Source of the DNA: a virus
Lineage: Duplodnaviria; Caudoviricetes
IMG/VR virus record: IMGVR_UViG_3300017761_007235
Location: 1-32,102 of that record
Length of the DNA stretch: 32,102 nucleotides
Direction: 5' to 3' (one strand)
Position numbers and translations under genes: made by a program. This document shows, in pieces, positions 10,383 to 20,149 of this stretch. The notes beneath the pieces were generated by a model. That model had not been told where the DNA came from. It made no database searches and saw only the letters and a program-made list of their open reading frames with translations. Position 1 is the first letter of the stretch; the number at the start of each line of letters is the position of its first letter.

Positions 10383-10994
10383 ATGGATAAGCGTTTTAAT
10401 AAGCTATTTGAAGCCACTCTATCCAGATACACCCGTGGTGGGTTTCTAACAAGTGATAGAGTCAAATTTATAGATAATGCATTAAAGAATGATTTCTTTA
10501 AGAATCAGCCTGAATCAGTTAAAACAGCTGTAGAAGAGCTGATTAACTCAGGATTAAATCTAAGAGTTAGAAATGTTAAGTCTGCCATGCCTGCTGTTAT
10601 GGGTGCTGGTAATCCTGATAATTATGGCTATAGCTTCTCTGTAGAGATTGTACCAGAAATAGCACCTGGTACATATGATGTTAATAAAGCAGTTACAGTT
10701 CCAGCAATTCTAGTGGCTCATTTAAATGACGGCATCAACCTACCTCCTGTGTCTGACAAATTAAAGTATGATAACAAGGTGCAAATTGATCCTAAACCAG
10801 TTGAAGAAGTGCTTAAAACTGAAGATAAGAATACTTTTAATCCAGTCACACAAACACATACGTCTAGCGTAGATGGCAAGCCAAGCAAAGGTGACAGAGT
10901 GTTAAACAATGCAAATGTTGTTATACCTTCTAGCCCAGCAGTGAATCAAAAAGACCCTGCAGCTTATACAGCGCAATATTTGCCTAAAAGCTGA
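10383..10994 (+). CDS. Hypothetical late protein, candidate internal head protein
   Basis: 203-aa ORF with late box; N-terminus MDKRFNKLFE. Confidence 0.7.
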   Translation: MDKRFNKLFEATLSRYTRGGFLTSDRVKFIDNALKNDFFKNQPESVKTAVEELINSGLNLRVRNVKSAMPAVMGAGNPDNYGYSFSVEIVPEIAPGTYDVNKAVTVPAILVAHLNDGINLPPVSDKLKYDNKVQIDPKPVEEVLKTEDKNTFNPVTQTHTSSVDGKPSKGDRVLNNANVVIPSSPAVNQKDPAAYTAQYLPKS

Positions 10995-11920
10995 GTATCA
11001 GCTAACAAAATCGTACAAGCAAAGAAATTGATTTCCTGGTCTACTACAAAAGCAGATCTATACAAATGTTCAGCTGCTATAAGCAATGCCTTCTTTTTAT
11101 ATTCTACATCTGTTTCATTTTCATCAATGTAGTTGAACAGATTTCTTAATAATGAGACATAATCTGAGTTAAATGTGCTCTCATTTTCAATTAAAACTTT
11201 GCGAAGAGAATTAACATTTTTACTCTTTATCTCTTTGTAGATCAGTGTTAAAAAGTTGTTGGGGTTAAACTCATTAATGTTAAGCTTCTTGGATACTGAG
11301 AACTTCTGTAATTCATTGATACAGAGGCGAATGTCTGGGTAAAACTTTTTAACAAGTTCAAGAAGCTTTGTCTTTTGACCGTTGACAATTTCAATTTTCT
11401 CATTCTTTAAGATATGTGCGCATCTCTTAACTACTAGGTCTATGGGTGGTGTTAAATCCATGCTCTGGCATCTGCTTTGTAATGCTGGTATGATTTTATA
11501 TTTGTAGTTAGCAGTTAATATGAACCTTGTAAACCCAGCAAGCTCTTCCATTGTGTTGCGTAGTGCACGCTGACCATCCATTGTGAGACCATCACACTCA
11601 TCCAGAATAATTGCTTTTAAATTGCCATCAATGCTCCGGGTTTGTGCAAACCCTGTTACTTTTGTACGAATTGTATCAATACCATTTTCATCACTAGCAT
11701 TAATGTACAGATATTGGCATCCCAAGATATCGTTCACAATAATTTTAGCTAGAGTGGTCTTGCCAATGCCTGGTGTACCTAAGAATAATAAATTAGGTAT
11801 TTGCTTGTTAGTAACAAATGACTGAATTATTTCAAGATTAGCTGGTGTGACAACAAAATCTTCTAGAACACGTGGTCTATACTTTTCACACCACAGGCTA
11901 TTAAAATCATTAATGGTCAT
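10964..11920 (-). CDS. gp44: Clamp loader AAA+ ATPase subunit (T4 gp44/RFC-like)
   Basis: LWCEKYRP, Walker A GTPGIGKTT, INASDE, Walker B ILDECD, ALQSRC. Confidence 0.95.
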   Translation of the reverse strand: MTINDFNSLWCEKYRPRVLEDFVVTPANLEIIQSFVTNKQIPNLLFLGTPGIGKTTLAKIIVNDILGCQYLYINASDENGIDTIRTKVTGFAQTRSIDGNLKAIILDECDGLTMDGQRALRNTMEELAGFTRFILTANYKYKIIPALQSRCQSMDLTPPIDLVVKRCAHILKNEKIEIVNGQKTKLLELVKKFYPDIRLCINELQKFSVSKKLNINEFNPNNFLTLIYKEIKSKNVNSLRKVLIENESTFNSDYVSLLRNLFNYIDENETDVEYKKKALLIAAEHLYRSAFVVDQEINFFACTILLADTQLLGKYCAV

Positions 11921-12369
11921 TTGCCGGATGATCCAAATCCCTTCTCACCACGGACAGATTCCTGCACTGTGCCCCATTCAACCTGCATGCCAATATTCAT
12001 ATAAACAACAAACTGAGCAATCCTGTCACCAGCTTTAATTTGGTAGTCTGCATCAGTGAGATTATATAACTTAATACCTGCATCTCCACGGTATCCATTA
12101 TCAATAATACCAGGATGAGCTGTAATGCCATGTTTGAATCCTAAACCACTCCTGCTTTCCACTTTCACCCAATACCCTTCTGGGATGTCAGCAAACTTAA
12201 GACCAACTCCTACAACAGCACTGCTGCGTGCTGGTACTGTTTTATCTTCAATAGAATAAACATCATAACCCGTATCAGATTCATGGTTTTTAGTAGGTAG
12301 TTTTGCTAATTCGTGTGTCTTTTCAAACTTAAGCACAGGCATGTAGGTTAAATTAAGATCTAAACTCAT
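11917..12369 (-). CDS. dut: Trimeric dUTPase
   Basis: All five motifs: GYD, RSG, GIIDNGYRG, DRIAQ, RGEKGFGSSG. Confidence 0.97.
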   Translation of the reverse strand: MSLDLNLTYMPVLKFEKTHELAKLPTKNHESDTGYDVYSIEDKTVPARSSAVVGVGLKFADIPEGYWVKVESRSGLGFKHGITAHPGIIDNGYRGDAGIKLYNLTDADYQIKAGDRIAQFVVYMNIGMQVEWGTVQESVRGEKGFGSSGK

Positions 12370-12375
12370 AATTCT

Positions 12376-12403
12376 ATTATACGTACAGTGTTTAATAATT
12401 CAA
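12376..12403 (-). promoter_or_regulatory. sigma70-type promoter for dut-gp44
   Basis: TTGAAT-N16-TATAAT, then 6 nt to ATG 12369. Confidence 0.65.
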
Positions 12404-12412
12404 GTATGACAG

Positions 12413-12418
12413 TAAATA
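12413..12418 (+). promoter_or_regulatory. Late-type TAAATA box
   Basis: TAAATA-N5-ATG(12424). Confidence 0.65.
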
Positions 12419-12423
12419 ATAAC

Positions 12424-12876
12424 ATGAGCGAAGAGCTAAATGAGATGGTAGGTGACTTATTGAGTCAATTAACTGAAGCACAAACAAAAGCAAAAGAAGC
12501 AGAAAAAGAATCAAATCCTCTTAAAAAAGAAGAATTAGAAAAATTTGTAGTTGAAAAGGGTGGTAAGCTAGTAGAAGACAGTTTAGAGATGATTAAAAAT
12601 GTAAAAGATTATATTCTCTCTTCACCAGAAGCAAAAGATGTAGATGCTTTTGCTGGTCTGGTTGCAGCTGCAAGCTCAGCTATTGATACTTTAAATAAAA
12701 TAGTTGTTAATGATAAGAGAGCAGAAACTGTTGTGAAAACAAAGCAGATGGATATTGATGCAAGAAAAGAACTCAAGCAAGATGATAATAATGTCAAGCT
12801 TCTTGCCACAAGAGAACAGATATTCAAAGCATTAATAGACAATACAAAAGTTATTGATGCAGAAATTATTCCTTAA
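12424..12876 (+). CDS. Probable terminase small subunit (T4 gp16-like); start revised from 12388
   Basis: 150 aa, helical hairpin with central SPEAKDVDAFAGLV (cf. HPRAYEV..LI in gp16-like proteins) and tail NNVKLLATREQIFKAL; late box supports ATG 12424. Confidence 0.55.
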   Translation: MSEELNEMVGDLLSQLTEAQTKAKEAEKESNPLKKEELEKFVVEKGGKLVEDSLEMIKNVKDYILSSPEAKDVDAFAGLVAAASSAIDTLNKIVVNDKRAETVVKTKQMDIDARKELKQDDNNVKLLATREQIFKALIDNTKVIDAEIIP

Positions 12877-13400
12877 AACTTTTTAATACAAGCACTTATA
12901 GTTTTCAAATAGCCTGCAAAAGGACCAAGCAAGGATGTAAGATTGGATTGCACTAAGCTGGTTAATATGCCTACAATATTGGGTCCAATGTTTAAGCCAA
13001 TCTTAGGCAAAGTGCTTACTTTCTTTAGGATATTATCAAATATATTCACATTCAGCAATTGAGAAAGACTGGTTGCTGAAGGAAGAAGGTTAGCTGTGGG
13101 TAGAGAAGGTATATTGCAGTTGAGCAGGCTCTCTTTGACAGTATCTAAGTAGTTATTGAAGGGGTTGAGCTGATTAATGTCACCGAAAGGATTAGCTGCA
13201 TTTAAACCATTGTTATTAAAAGCTAATTCAGCTATCCTGTTAAAATATGTGGTATTTTCTGGCAAACCAGTTGGTGTTACAAAGTTATCAGAAAAAATAG
13301 GTCTTAATGTATCTGCATCCAGAGTCCTGGCTGATATATTTCTATATAAATCATTCTTAATTGCTAAAAATGCAGAATCTTCATCAGCTGGTGTTATCAT
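12873..13400 (-). CDS. Hypothetical late protein (175 aa)
   Basis: ORF with TAAATA-N5-ATG; amphipathic L/N/P-rich C-terminus. Confidence 0.7.
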   Translation of the reverse strand: MITPADEDSAFLAIKNDLYRNISARTLDADTLRPIFSDNFVTPTGLPENTTYFNRIAELAFNNNGLNAANPFGDINQLNPFNNYLDTVKESLLNCNIPSLPTANLLPSATSLSQLLNVNIFDNILKKVSTLPKIGLNIGPNIVGILTSLVQSNLTSLLGPFAGYLKTISACIKKF

Positions 13401-13405
13401 AAAAA

Positions 13406-13411
13406 TATTTA
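13406..13411 (-). promoter_or_regulatory. Late-type TAAATA box overlapping upstream stop
   Basis: TAAATA-N5-ATG(13400). Confidence 0.6.
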
Positions 13412-14626
13412 AGTGTTGGATGTTGTTACATTGCCTATAGTATTGTTGTTGGTTTTATAAGATAGTAAGTTTTTAGTTTTTCTCAATAATAAATCAACAC
13501 TTTGAGTAAACCTGCTCACCATCAAACCAAATGTATAATCTCTTGTAATTAATTGTTGGTTGGACCCACCTACAATACCTGTTTCTCTGGGATTATAGCC
13601 ATTAAAATTGTTAATGTTGCTATTGTACTGAACATAAGAAAATATCTTTTTGAAATTGTTATTTAATTTTGTATAGTAGCTATTAAGGTTAGTTTTAATA
13701 ATGTTGTAAGTGTTTATATCAGTAATTAGATTAGTTCCATGAGCTGGGTTTGTTGTAGAGTTGGTGTATGGGTTTGTGTTTCTTGTGGGTAAGTTAATTC
13801 CTTTGAGGTTATTGCGCATCAAAATTGTCGTATTTCTGCTTAAGTCATAAGTTACAGCTAAAGATGTTTTTGATATTTTGTTTCTCACTTGTATTGGTAG
13901 TGTATTGGGTGCAGTGTATAAATCAGTTGTGTAATCAGTGAACGGTGTAGTTGCATCATCTATTAGTACACCGCTATTAACGAGCAGACCTATTGAGTCA
14001 CTAAGTTCAGTATAAAAAGAGTCATTATTAATATCTAAATTTTGAGAAATTAATGTCTTGATAGGTTCTGGTGTAAGTTGAAAGCGTTTTACCCAAAAAT
14101 CTACAAAATCATTCTTTAATGTTGATAGTTTATCATTTAAATTTTTATAAAAATCTGTTAAACTTGCAATAATATCTGAGCTCTGCAGAGCGGTGTAGTA
14201 ATCTAAGCTTATGGCAGCTTCTTTTTCAAGATTTTGCACAGCTGATGAATCGAAAAAATTGGACTCTGTTTTTAATTGATCAACAGTCTGGGTATAATTT
14301 ATATCTACCAGCTTGGGAAGAATTGTCTTTGCAATATACGTAGAGCTAGTAGTTGTGGTTTTTTGTGCTGTAAACTCTGGTGGGTCATACTCTGTGTTGT
14401 TATTTTGTTGTGCTGCAAAATCAGGAAAAGAAGGAGAAGCTGTAGGTGTGTATAAATTGCCTGATGAATTTCTAGAACGAATTATTTCATATTCTTCTTC
14501 AAAGCCTTTTGGTGCTTTGGGAGTAGCTGAGCCAGGGGGTAGACCGTTTTTTTGTTCCCATTGAGCGCGCTTTTCAGCCACTAGACGCTGAAATTCATCT
14601 TTTTCTTCTTGTGTCAAGGTTTTCAT
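13409..14626 (-). CDS. Hypothetical protein (405 aa) in baseplate hub operon
   Basis: Long N/T-rich ORF, ATGA overlap with hub gene. Confidence 0.75.
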   Translation of the reverse strand: MKTLTQEEKDEFQRLVAEKRAQWEQKNGLPPGSATPKAPKGFEEEYEIIRSRNSSGNLYTPTASPSFPDFAAQQNNNTEYDPPEFTAQKTTTTSSTYIAKTILPKLVDINYTQTVDQLKTESNFFDSSAVQNLEKEAAISLDYYTALQSSDIIASLTDFYKNLNDKLSTLKNDFVDFWVKRFQLTPEPIKTLISQNLDINNDSFYTELSDSIGLLVNSGVLIDDATTPFTDYTTDLYTAPNTLPIQVRNKISKTSLAVTYDLSRNTTILMRNNLKGINLPTRNTNPYTNSTTNPAHGTNLITDINTYNIIKTNLNSYYTKLNNNFKKIFSYVQYNSNINNFNGYNPRETGIVGGSNQQLITRDYTFGLMVSRFTQSVDLLLRKTKNLLSYKTNNNTIGNVTTSNT

Positions 14627-16203
14627 GGTATATTTTTATTTAGAAAGATATCTGTAGGTAGATATGTTTTAACACACACTAATTCATTTATATACTTAGC
14701 ATCTTCAAATATGTGCTTAACTGATAGAATAAAGTATATGCCTAGAAATTTATTGTCAAATAATGTTGGTTGTTTGTTATTTTCTCTTGTTATGCCTATG
14801 AATTTACCAGCTTGTCGGTGAGTTGCTCCTTGTACTCTGAAAGTAGTGAAGTTGTTCAAATAAACATAATTCTTTAAATTCTTAGCAAGGCCTAATGAGA
14901 GCCTTTGATTTTCATCTAGCTCTATGGTTGCAAATTCATTGGTTGTGTTTTTGTTCGTTTTACGATTATTGCCTAGCTGAAAGGTTTTTGCTCCTTGAGG
15001 AGAAAAAGGATATACATAGTGGTCGTTAGCTATCTTATCAAATGCTTCTATGCTGTTACGATTGGATTCAATATCAAATTCTTTATCAGCATAATTGTAG
15101 TAATGAACAATTTTACTATTAATTTCAGTTTGTGTGTATAGCCCAGCAACACTATCAAAACTATATACATCTAAATTACCTTCTGCTTGAAAGAATGGAG
15201 CATAAGCAGGTGCAAACTCAATATTGAATCTGGGCAGACGATCTGATTTATTATCAGAATACCCTGCAATCTTATAAGTCTCTAAATAATCTGGCCCAGC
15301 AATAAATTGACCACCAGTGTTCTGTACTGCATTTTGAAATATGTCTTTAAAGCTTCTGAGTGTATATACTTTTGGATACCGCTCAAGCTGCAGTAATCCT
15401 GGGCTATAATTGCTGCCAGCATCGCTCACATGGCGATCCAATATATAGTTTATTGTGTCAATGCATTTAAAATTGCCAGGAGCAGAGAAAAAAATTGGTG
15501 TAGATCCGGGGTCAAATGTGCCAAAAGTTGTTGTGAATCCGTCGTCTCTTGTCAATCCTTCCAACAAAGCTGCTGAAAGGGCAGCACCTGTAGAGATGCG
15601 TCTTTCTGTATTTGATAGATCTTGTATATTCTCTTCTCTTGTGTTAACATAATTCGATGTAGAAAAATAAGAATTTTTTGTTCTTAATATTTCATAATCA
15701 AATTCCCAAAAATATAGCTTTTTTAGCTTACCGTCCATGGTACCGTCGTCCAGTTCTTCTGTGTTATAAATAGCAAAATCGAATGAAAGCAAGAAATATT
15801 TTAACACTTCTTGATCTGTAATGTTGGTTGTTTGTTGAGATAACTTAGGGAGAATTTGAACTCTTAAAATGTCCCTGCTATCACCATTGAACATGAAAGT
15901 TTCTTGTATGTTGCTAGTGGTAGATTGTCCAGGCATATAATATTTGGGATTTGATTGGTCAACGGTACTGTCATAACTGCTTTCTAAGTTATCCTGTCTA
16001 TTATCCAGAATAATAAAACCAGTGTGATAGAGGCTGTCTATACTATCTTCTATGTTAAGAGATTTTATTGAAGAAGGTGACAGGAGCTTTAATCTGCCAT
16101 CATATGATCCGAGAAACACTCTAAAGTCATAGAAATTGTTGTTAATGAGATAAGAAAAGTCACTAAATTTAGACTCAGTAGTAGCCGGTAAATATTCACT
16201 CAT
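14623..16203 (-). CDS. Baseplate hub protein, gp27/late-control-D-like
   Basis: N-terminal IKSLNIEDSI..LYHTGFIILDN; C-terminal FRVQG...RQAGKFIGI...LGIYFILSVKHIF...NELVCVK; follows gp53. Confidence 0.65.
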   Translation of the reverse strand: MSEYLPATTESKFSDFSYLINNNFYDFRVFLGSYDGRLKLLSPSSIKSLNIEDSIDSLYHTGFIILDNRQDNLESSYDSTVDQSNPKYYMPGQSTTSNIQETFMFNGDSRDILRVQILPKLSQQTTNITDQEVLKYFLLSFDFAIYNTEELDDGTMDGKLKKLYFWEFDYEILRTKNSYFSTSNYVNTREENIQDLSNTERRISTGAALSAALLEGLTRDDGFTTTFGTFDPGSTPIFFSAPGNFKCIDTINYILDRHVSDAGSNYSPGLLQLERYPKVYTLRSFKDIFQNAVQNTGGQFIAGPDYLETYKIAGYSDNKSDRLPRFNIEFAPAYAPFFQAEGNLDVYSFDSVAGLYTQTEINSKIVHYYNYADKEFDIESNRNSIEAFDKIANDHYVYPFSPQGAKTFQLGNNRKTNKNTTNEFATIELDENQRLSLGLAKNLKNYVYLNNFTTFRVQGATHRQAGKFIGITRENNKQPTLFDNKFLGIYFILSVKHIFEDAKYINELVCVKTYLPTDIFLNKNIP

Positions 16204-16565
16204 ACCAATTGAGATTTAATATCATTTATCAATGGTGCAATCAGCTCTGGTCTCAGGGCCTTAATATATGTGCCGGTTTTAGGTTGCAGTACTGGGTTCT
16301 GTATGTTGTTGACAACACAAAGCAACCACCACAATTCAATTGTGGAGTAAATGTTGAAACTAACCATTGTCCAGGGCATGCTTTGCTTGACGGGGTATAT
16401 TAAGAATTGTGTTGGGTCCAAGTTGTTTGGCAAAACAATCTTTTTAGTGATATTATAATAGTACTGATTGAGGTCGTTTTGGTAGAGTTTAAATATGTTT
16501 TCATATCTAAAATTATTTAGAACTGGTAATTCAGAAATGGCTCGTTGGTACTGTCCTAAATCCAT
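16200..16565 (-). CDS. gp53: Baseplate wedge subunit, T4 gp53-like (LysM-like)
   Basis: WTMVSFNIYSTIELWWLLCVVNNIQNP motif. Confidence 0.8.
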   Translation of the reverse strand: MDLGQYQRAISELPVLNNFRYENIFKLYQNDLNQYYYNITKKIVLPNNLDPTQFLIYPVKQSMPWTMVSFNIYSTIELWWLLCVVNNIQNPVLQPKTGTYIKALRPELIAPLINDIKSQLV

Positions 16566-16570
16566 ATAAG

Positions 16571-16576
16571 TATTTA
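16571..16576 (-). promoter_or_regulatory. Late-type TAAATA box
   Basis: ATAAATA-N5-ATG(16565). Confidence 0.65.
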
Positions 16577-16586
16577 TTCGCAGTCT

Positions 16587-18131
16587 TTAAGCTACGTTTG
16601 AAGGGCTTACAATCTTTCCTGTATTGTCAGGAACAGGCCAACCACCAATAGTATAGTTAACTGGGGTATTTGATCCTGGTTGGTTGCCAGTGTTTTGGCC
16701 CACTACAGAAGAATTGCCTAGATATTTGTTTACTGCAGCTACTAATTGCTGATCTAGATCGGTAATAGATGCAAGTGTATTGGTATTCTGCCCTCCAAGC
16801 ACTGTGTATGCCATGAAGTTTCTTGTTTCAGTTACTAATGATTTGAGTGTAATCTTTATTACGTATGCATCTGGTATAATTGCAGTGAAATTAGTGGATG
16901 TAGAAGTAGATTGTATGTCTTTTGTGGATGTGTCAAATGCAGTCTGTGTGTTGACATTGCCATTGGTTGTTGAAAATGAATTTGTATCTTCAGCTGGTAA
17001 AACCTCATTTGTATTAATGTTTTGGAAGTCTAGATTGAAGTTAAGTTCTCTTCTCGATCCTTTGAAGTCAACAGCAATATTAGTAATATAACAAAATGGG
17101 TGGAATTTTTGACCTGGTATACTGACTTCATAGAAAACTGGAGGTTCTATTATATTTCTATCTATTCTAGCGGGTTTGTTTTGATAAAGAAGCAAGTATA
17201 TTAGCTGCCAATTCTTAACAACTTGATCGAAAGTAGTACTACCTGTATTAATGAGAGGGAAGGTAAATGAGAATTCTTCACCTTCAGAAGGAAAATTGTA
17301 GAATTTAGCTTTTTCCTGAAATGAGAATCCAAATGGTCTGGAGAGCGCTCCAGCAATACCTGCAATGTTCTGCAATGTTTCAGCTCCTGCAGTAATAAGA
17401 TTTAAAACATTTTGAGATCCAGAGTCTTCACCAAAAACATTTTGGGAAGAGTTGTAATAGTCATCAAAGTAAGGAAAAACATATCTCCAACCTGTATTAA
17501 CAGAGGGGTAGAGGTTTTTATATGCAGTCAATAATGGATCATCAAGAGCGCTATTATTATCACCCGCTTTTTGATTAAAAAAGTTCAAAAGAGTGTCTAT
17601 GAAAGTTTCTTTTTTTGTTCCGCTTGGTATGTTTTCTGCTGTAGAATTAGGTTGTTGGAAAGGACTGAACCCTAAGCCATTTGCAATGTTGCCTGCAAAA
17701 GCATTGAAGCCTTCTGTACCTTGCTGTGCAAGTTTTTCAAGTGTGGTAATAAAACCATTCTCTCCTGTGCCTATATTATTTTGTTTTAATGTATCAATAA
17801 TTTTGGTAGCACCTTGTATAGAGCTACCAAAAGAATACAGAATAGATGAAATAAATGCGTTGGTTTTTAGTCTTTTTTCTTTTAGATATATGCGAGGTGT
17901 TTCAGCTCTAGCAACATCACCTGCTTTAGTATATGTCCATGGAAAATCTCGTGCTATATTTACTGTTACAATGTTGTTTGTAACTGCGTCAATAACATCA
18001 GGTCTTTTAGTATAGCCATCAGTAGTTGGTGGCACAAGGAGTGGTACAGCACTATCCAGTCTTCTAACATTAGTGCCCTTTTCCTTAGAAGTAGTGTAGT
18101 CGTACTTGAATGCCCATAATCTATTTGGCAT
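16587..18131 (-). CDS. Baseplate-tail tube junction protein, gp48-like
   Basis: EFSFTFPLIN, PPVFYEVSIPG, CYITNIAVDF, IPDAYVIKITLKSL tube-initiator pattern; between tape measure and gp53. Confidence 0.6.
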   Translation of the reverse strand: MPNRLWAFKYDYTTSKEKGTNVRRLDSAVPLLVPPTTDGYTKRPDVIDAVTNNIVTVNIARDFPWTYTKAGDVARAETPRIYLKEKRLKTNAFISSILYSFGSSIQGATKIIDTLKQNNIGTGENGFITTLEKLAQQGTEGFNAFAGNIANGLGFSPFQQPNSTAENIPSGTKKETFIDTLLNFFNQKAGDNNSALDDPLLTAYKNLYPSVNTGWRYVFPYFDDYYNSSQNVFGEDSGSQNVLNLITAGAETLQNIAGIAGALSRPFGFSFQEKAKFYNFPSEGEEFSFTFPLINTGSTTFDQVVKNWQLIYLLLYQNKPARIDRNIIEPPVFYEVSIPGQKFHPFCYITNIAVDFKGSRRELNFNLDFQNINTNEVLPAEDTNSFSTTNGNVNTQTAFDTSTKDIQSTSTSTNFTAIIPDAYVIKITLKSLVTETRNFMAYTVLGGQNTNTLASITDLDQQLVAAVNKYLGNSSVVGQNTGNQPGSNTPVNYTIGGWPVPDNTGKIVSPSNVA

Positions 18132-18136
18132 ATTAT

Positions 18137-18142
18137 TACTTA
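18137..18142 (-). promoter_or_regulatory. Late-type box variant TAAGTA
   Basis: ATAAGTA-N5-ATG(18131). Confidence 0.5.
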
Positions 18143-20122
18143 TTAACTCGTTCTGCTATCACGGTAGCTTTTAGATGTTGTGGGTGAAATGGTAATGCTA
18201 GTAACATTTCTGCTGTTGTTTACCATGTTCACGTTGTTGTTAGCTTGTGTTGTTGTAGACAGCTCGGTGATTGAGTCGCTTAATTTTCTTAATGTTACGC
18301 GATCTTCTTTTCTTATTTCTTCTATTTTCTTTACTAGCTCGCCAATAAGTTTTTTATTCAATCCATCAGGGTTCTTAACACCCATAATAGTATCATCAGA
18401 ACTAAACATAATGGCTTTTTGACCAGGTCTGCTAATAAAATCTTTAGCTTTTTGAGGCTCAAATTCAGGCACAGTGTTTTCTTTAACCTTGGCTTGCACT
18501 TTGTTATCAACAACTGGTACATCCTTATTGAACCCCATTTTTGAAAGAATCCAATTTTTAGCAGTACCAAGGGTGTCGGCTTTTTCTCTTAACCAGGTTA
18601 GAACAGAAGAAACCATATCAAATATAAATTCACCAATTTTTTCACCTATGCTCATTGTTAGTGTGGCTAAGTTAAAATTCTCTATATTCTTTTTCATCTC
18701 TGCTGAAAAATTCTCTAAGAATAATTCGAGGAATCCTTTTTCTTTGTCACCACCAAAAAATCCTGAAATTTTTCTTACTATTTTTAAAGCAATTGCTCCT
18801 ATATCTGCTAATCCTGCCATGGTATCGCCTAAAGCCTTTACAATTATATCAATAGGAAACAGCAGCATTCTTGTGATTTTTTCTACTATATTTTCGCTTT
18901 GAAATATTTTTTCAATATTGTCTTGAATGCTTTCCCTTCTTAAAAATGCTAGAGGCAGAACTAGTAGCCCGCCAAGCCATCCAATAGCTCTCAACACAAG
19001 GGTTGTTAATGCAGTTGTTATTTCTTCAGCTCCTAATTTACCAGTTTTTGATTTGTCATATAGATGGATTGCTGTTTCAAATGAATCAATTAATACTGCC
19101 ACTGGTCCTAAATTTTCTAAAAGTGCTTTACTCAGGCCAAACACTTTTGTACCAAACGGTATAAATTTAACTAGTGCTTCTAATATTTTACCTATTCCTT
19201 CTACAAATTTACTCACCCCTTCCATTACAGCTGCACCTGAAGCTCTTAGCATCTCCAAAGGTCCTTTGATTAGGTCTAGAACTTTTTTAATTGTCTCTTG
19301 CGTTTTATTAAACCTCTCTACAGCGCGGGTAATTTGTTCTGCAGACATCCCAGCATCTTTAAGTTTTTTAAGTTGTTCAAGATCTTTTAATAACTTGCTC
19401 TGTGCTTCTGCTGCAGTATTAAAATATGCTTGTCTATATTTTATAAATTCTTGTAACGCTTTTATTTCTTTTTCAAGCTCTTGGATACTCATTGCTAAAT
19501 ATTTTTTAGGCAGTGCTTTAAATCGTTCAAATAACGCTTTAAGCTCAGGTGAAAGTTTAGCTAGACCCTCCATTTTAAACAAACGTTCAAGCATTTCGAG
19601 AAATTTAGCTTTTAATAGTTCGCCTAGCTTTGGAATGCCTTCAAAAATTTTACTAAATAATTCGCCTATCTTAATAGATCCTAAAAGACCACCAAGCCAT
19701 TCTTGAATTTTTCTTAAAAAATCATCAACTTTATCTTTTAAAAATACATATGCTGCAAGCAGTAATGCAGAAATCAATGCTAAGGTTTGTAGCAAGTTGT
19801 CTTTTTTCTTTGTAATAGCTTTAGTTGTTTCTTCTGGAAATGTAAAAAGGTTTTTTAAGCTTTTTTGCAGAGCATTTTTGCCATCAACTGAAATACCGTC
19901 AATGGTGATGGGTATAGCTTGATAAAGCTTTTGTTTTTGATTGAACCTATTAAATTTTGTTCGATTTTGCTTCTGTTCATCAGCAAATTTTTCAGCTAAA
20001 TCATTTTTTTCAGTACTCTCCCGAGGAGTCTTATCTAGCATGCTGTTTATATAATCGAGCTTACCATCTATACTATCGATTTTATCAGCTAGGATTGCTA
20101 CATCAGGTGCATCACCGTTCAT
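18143..20122 (-). CDS. Tape-measure-like protein (gp29 analogue)
   Basis: 659 aa, amphipathic helical/coiled-coil with hydrophobic segments (LLQTLALISALLLAAYVFL; VLRAIGWLGGLLVLPLAFL); between chaperone-like genes and gp48-like gene. Confidence 0.65.
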   Translation of the reverse strand: MNGDAPDVAILADKIDSIDGKLDYINSMLDKTPRESTEKNDLAEKFADEQKQNRTKFNRFNQKQKLYQAIPITIDGISVDGKNALQKSLKNLFTFPEETTKAITKKKDNLLQTLALISALLLAAYVFLKDKVDDFLRKIQEWLGGLLGSIKIGELFSKIFEGIPKLGELLKAKFLEMLERLFKMEGLAKLSPELKALFERFKALPKKYLAMSIQELEKEIKALQEFIKYRQAYFNTAAEAQSKLLKDLEQLKKLKDAGMSAEQITRAVERFNKTQETIKKVLDLIKGPLEMLRASGAAVMEGVSKFVEGIGKILEALVKFIPFGTKVFGLSKALLENLGPVAVLIDSFETAIHLYDKSKTGKLGAEEITTALTTLVLRAIGWLGGLLVLPLAFLRRESIQDNIEKIFQSENIVEKITRMLLFPIDIIVKALGDTMAGLADIGAIALKIVRKISGFFGGDKEKGFLELFLENFSAEMKKNIENFNLATLTMSIGEKIGEFIFDMVSSVLTWLREKADTLGTAKNWILSKMGFNKDVPVVDNKVQAKVKENTVPEFEPQKAKDFISRPGQKAIMFSSDDTIMGVKNPDGLNKKLIGELVKKIEEIRKEDRVTLRKLSDSITELSTTTQANNNVNMVNNSRNVTSITISPTTSKSYRDSRTS

Positions 20123-20128
20123 TAATAA

Positions 20129-20134
20129 TATTTA
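20129..20134 (-). promoter_or_regulatory. Late-type TAAATA box
   Basis: TAAATA-N6-ATG(20122). Confidence 0.6.
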
Positions 20135-20149
20135 AATAAAAAACAGTTT

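Noticed and set aside
12388-12423. GTG start at 12388
   Set aside because: Overlaps the divergent dut promoter; TAAATA-N5-ATG points to 12424.
18474-19706. 142-aa and 259-aa plus-strand ORFs
   Set aside because: Antisense to the tape-measure-like gene, codon-mirror composition, no initiation signal.
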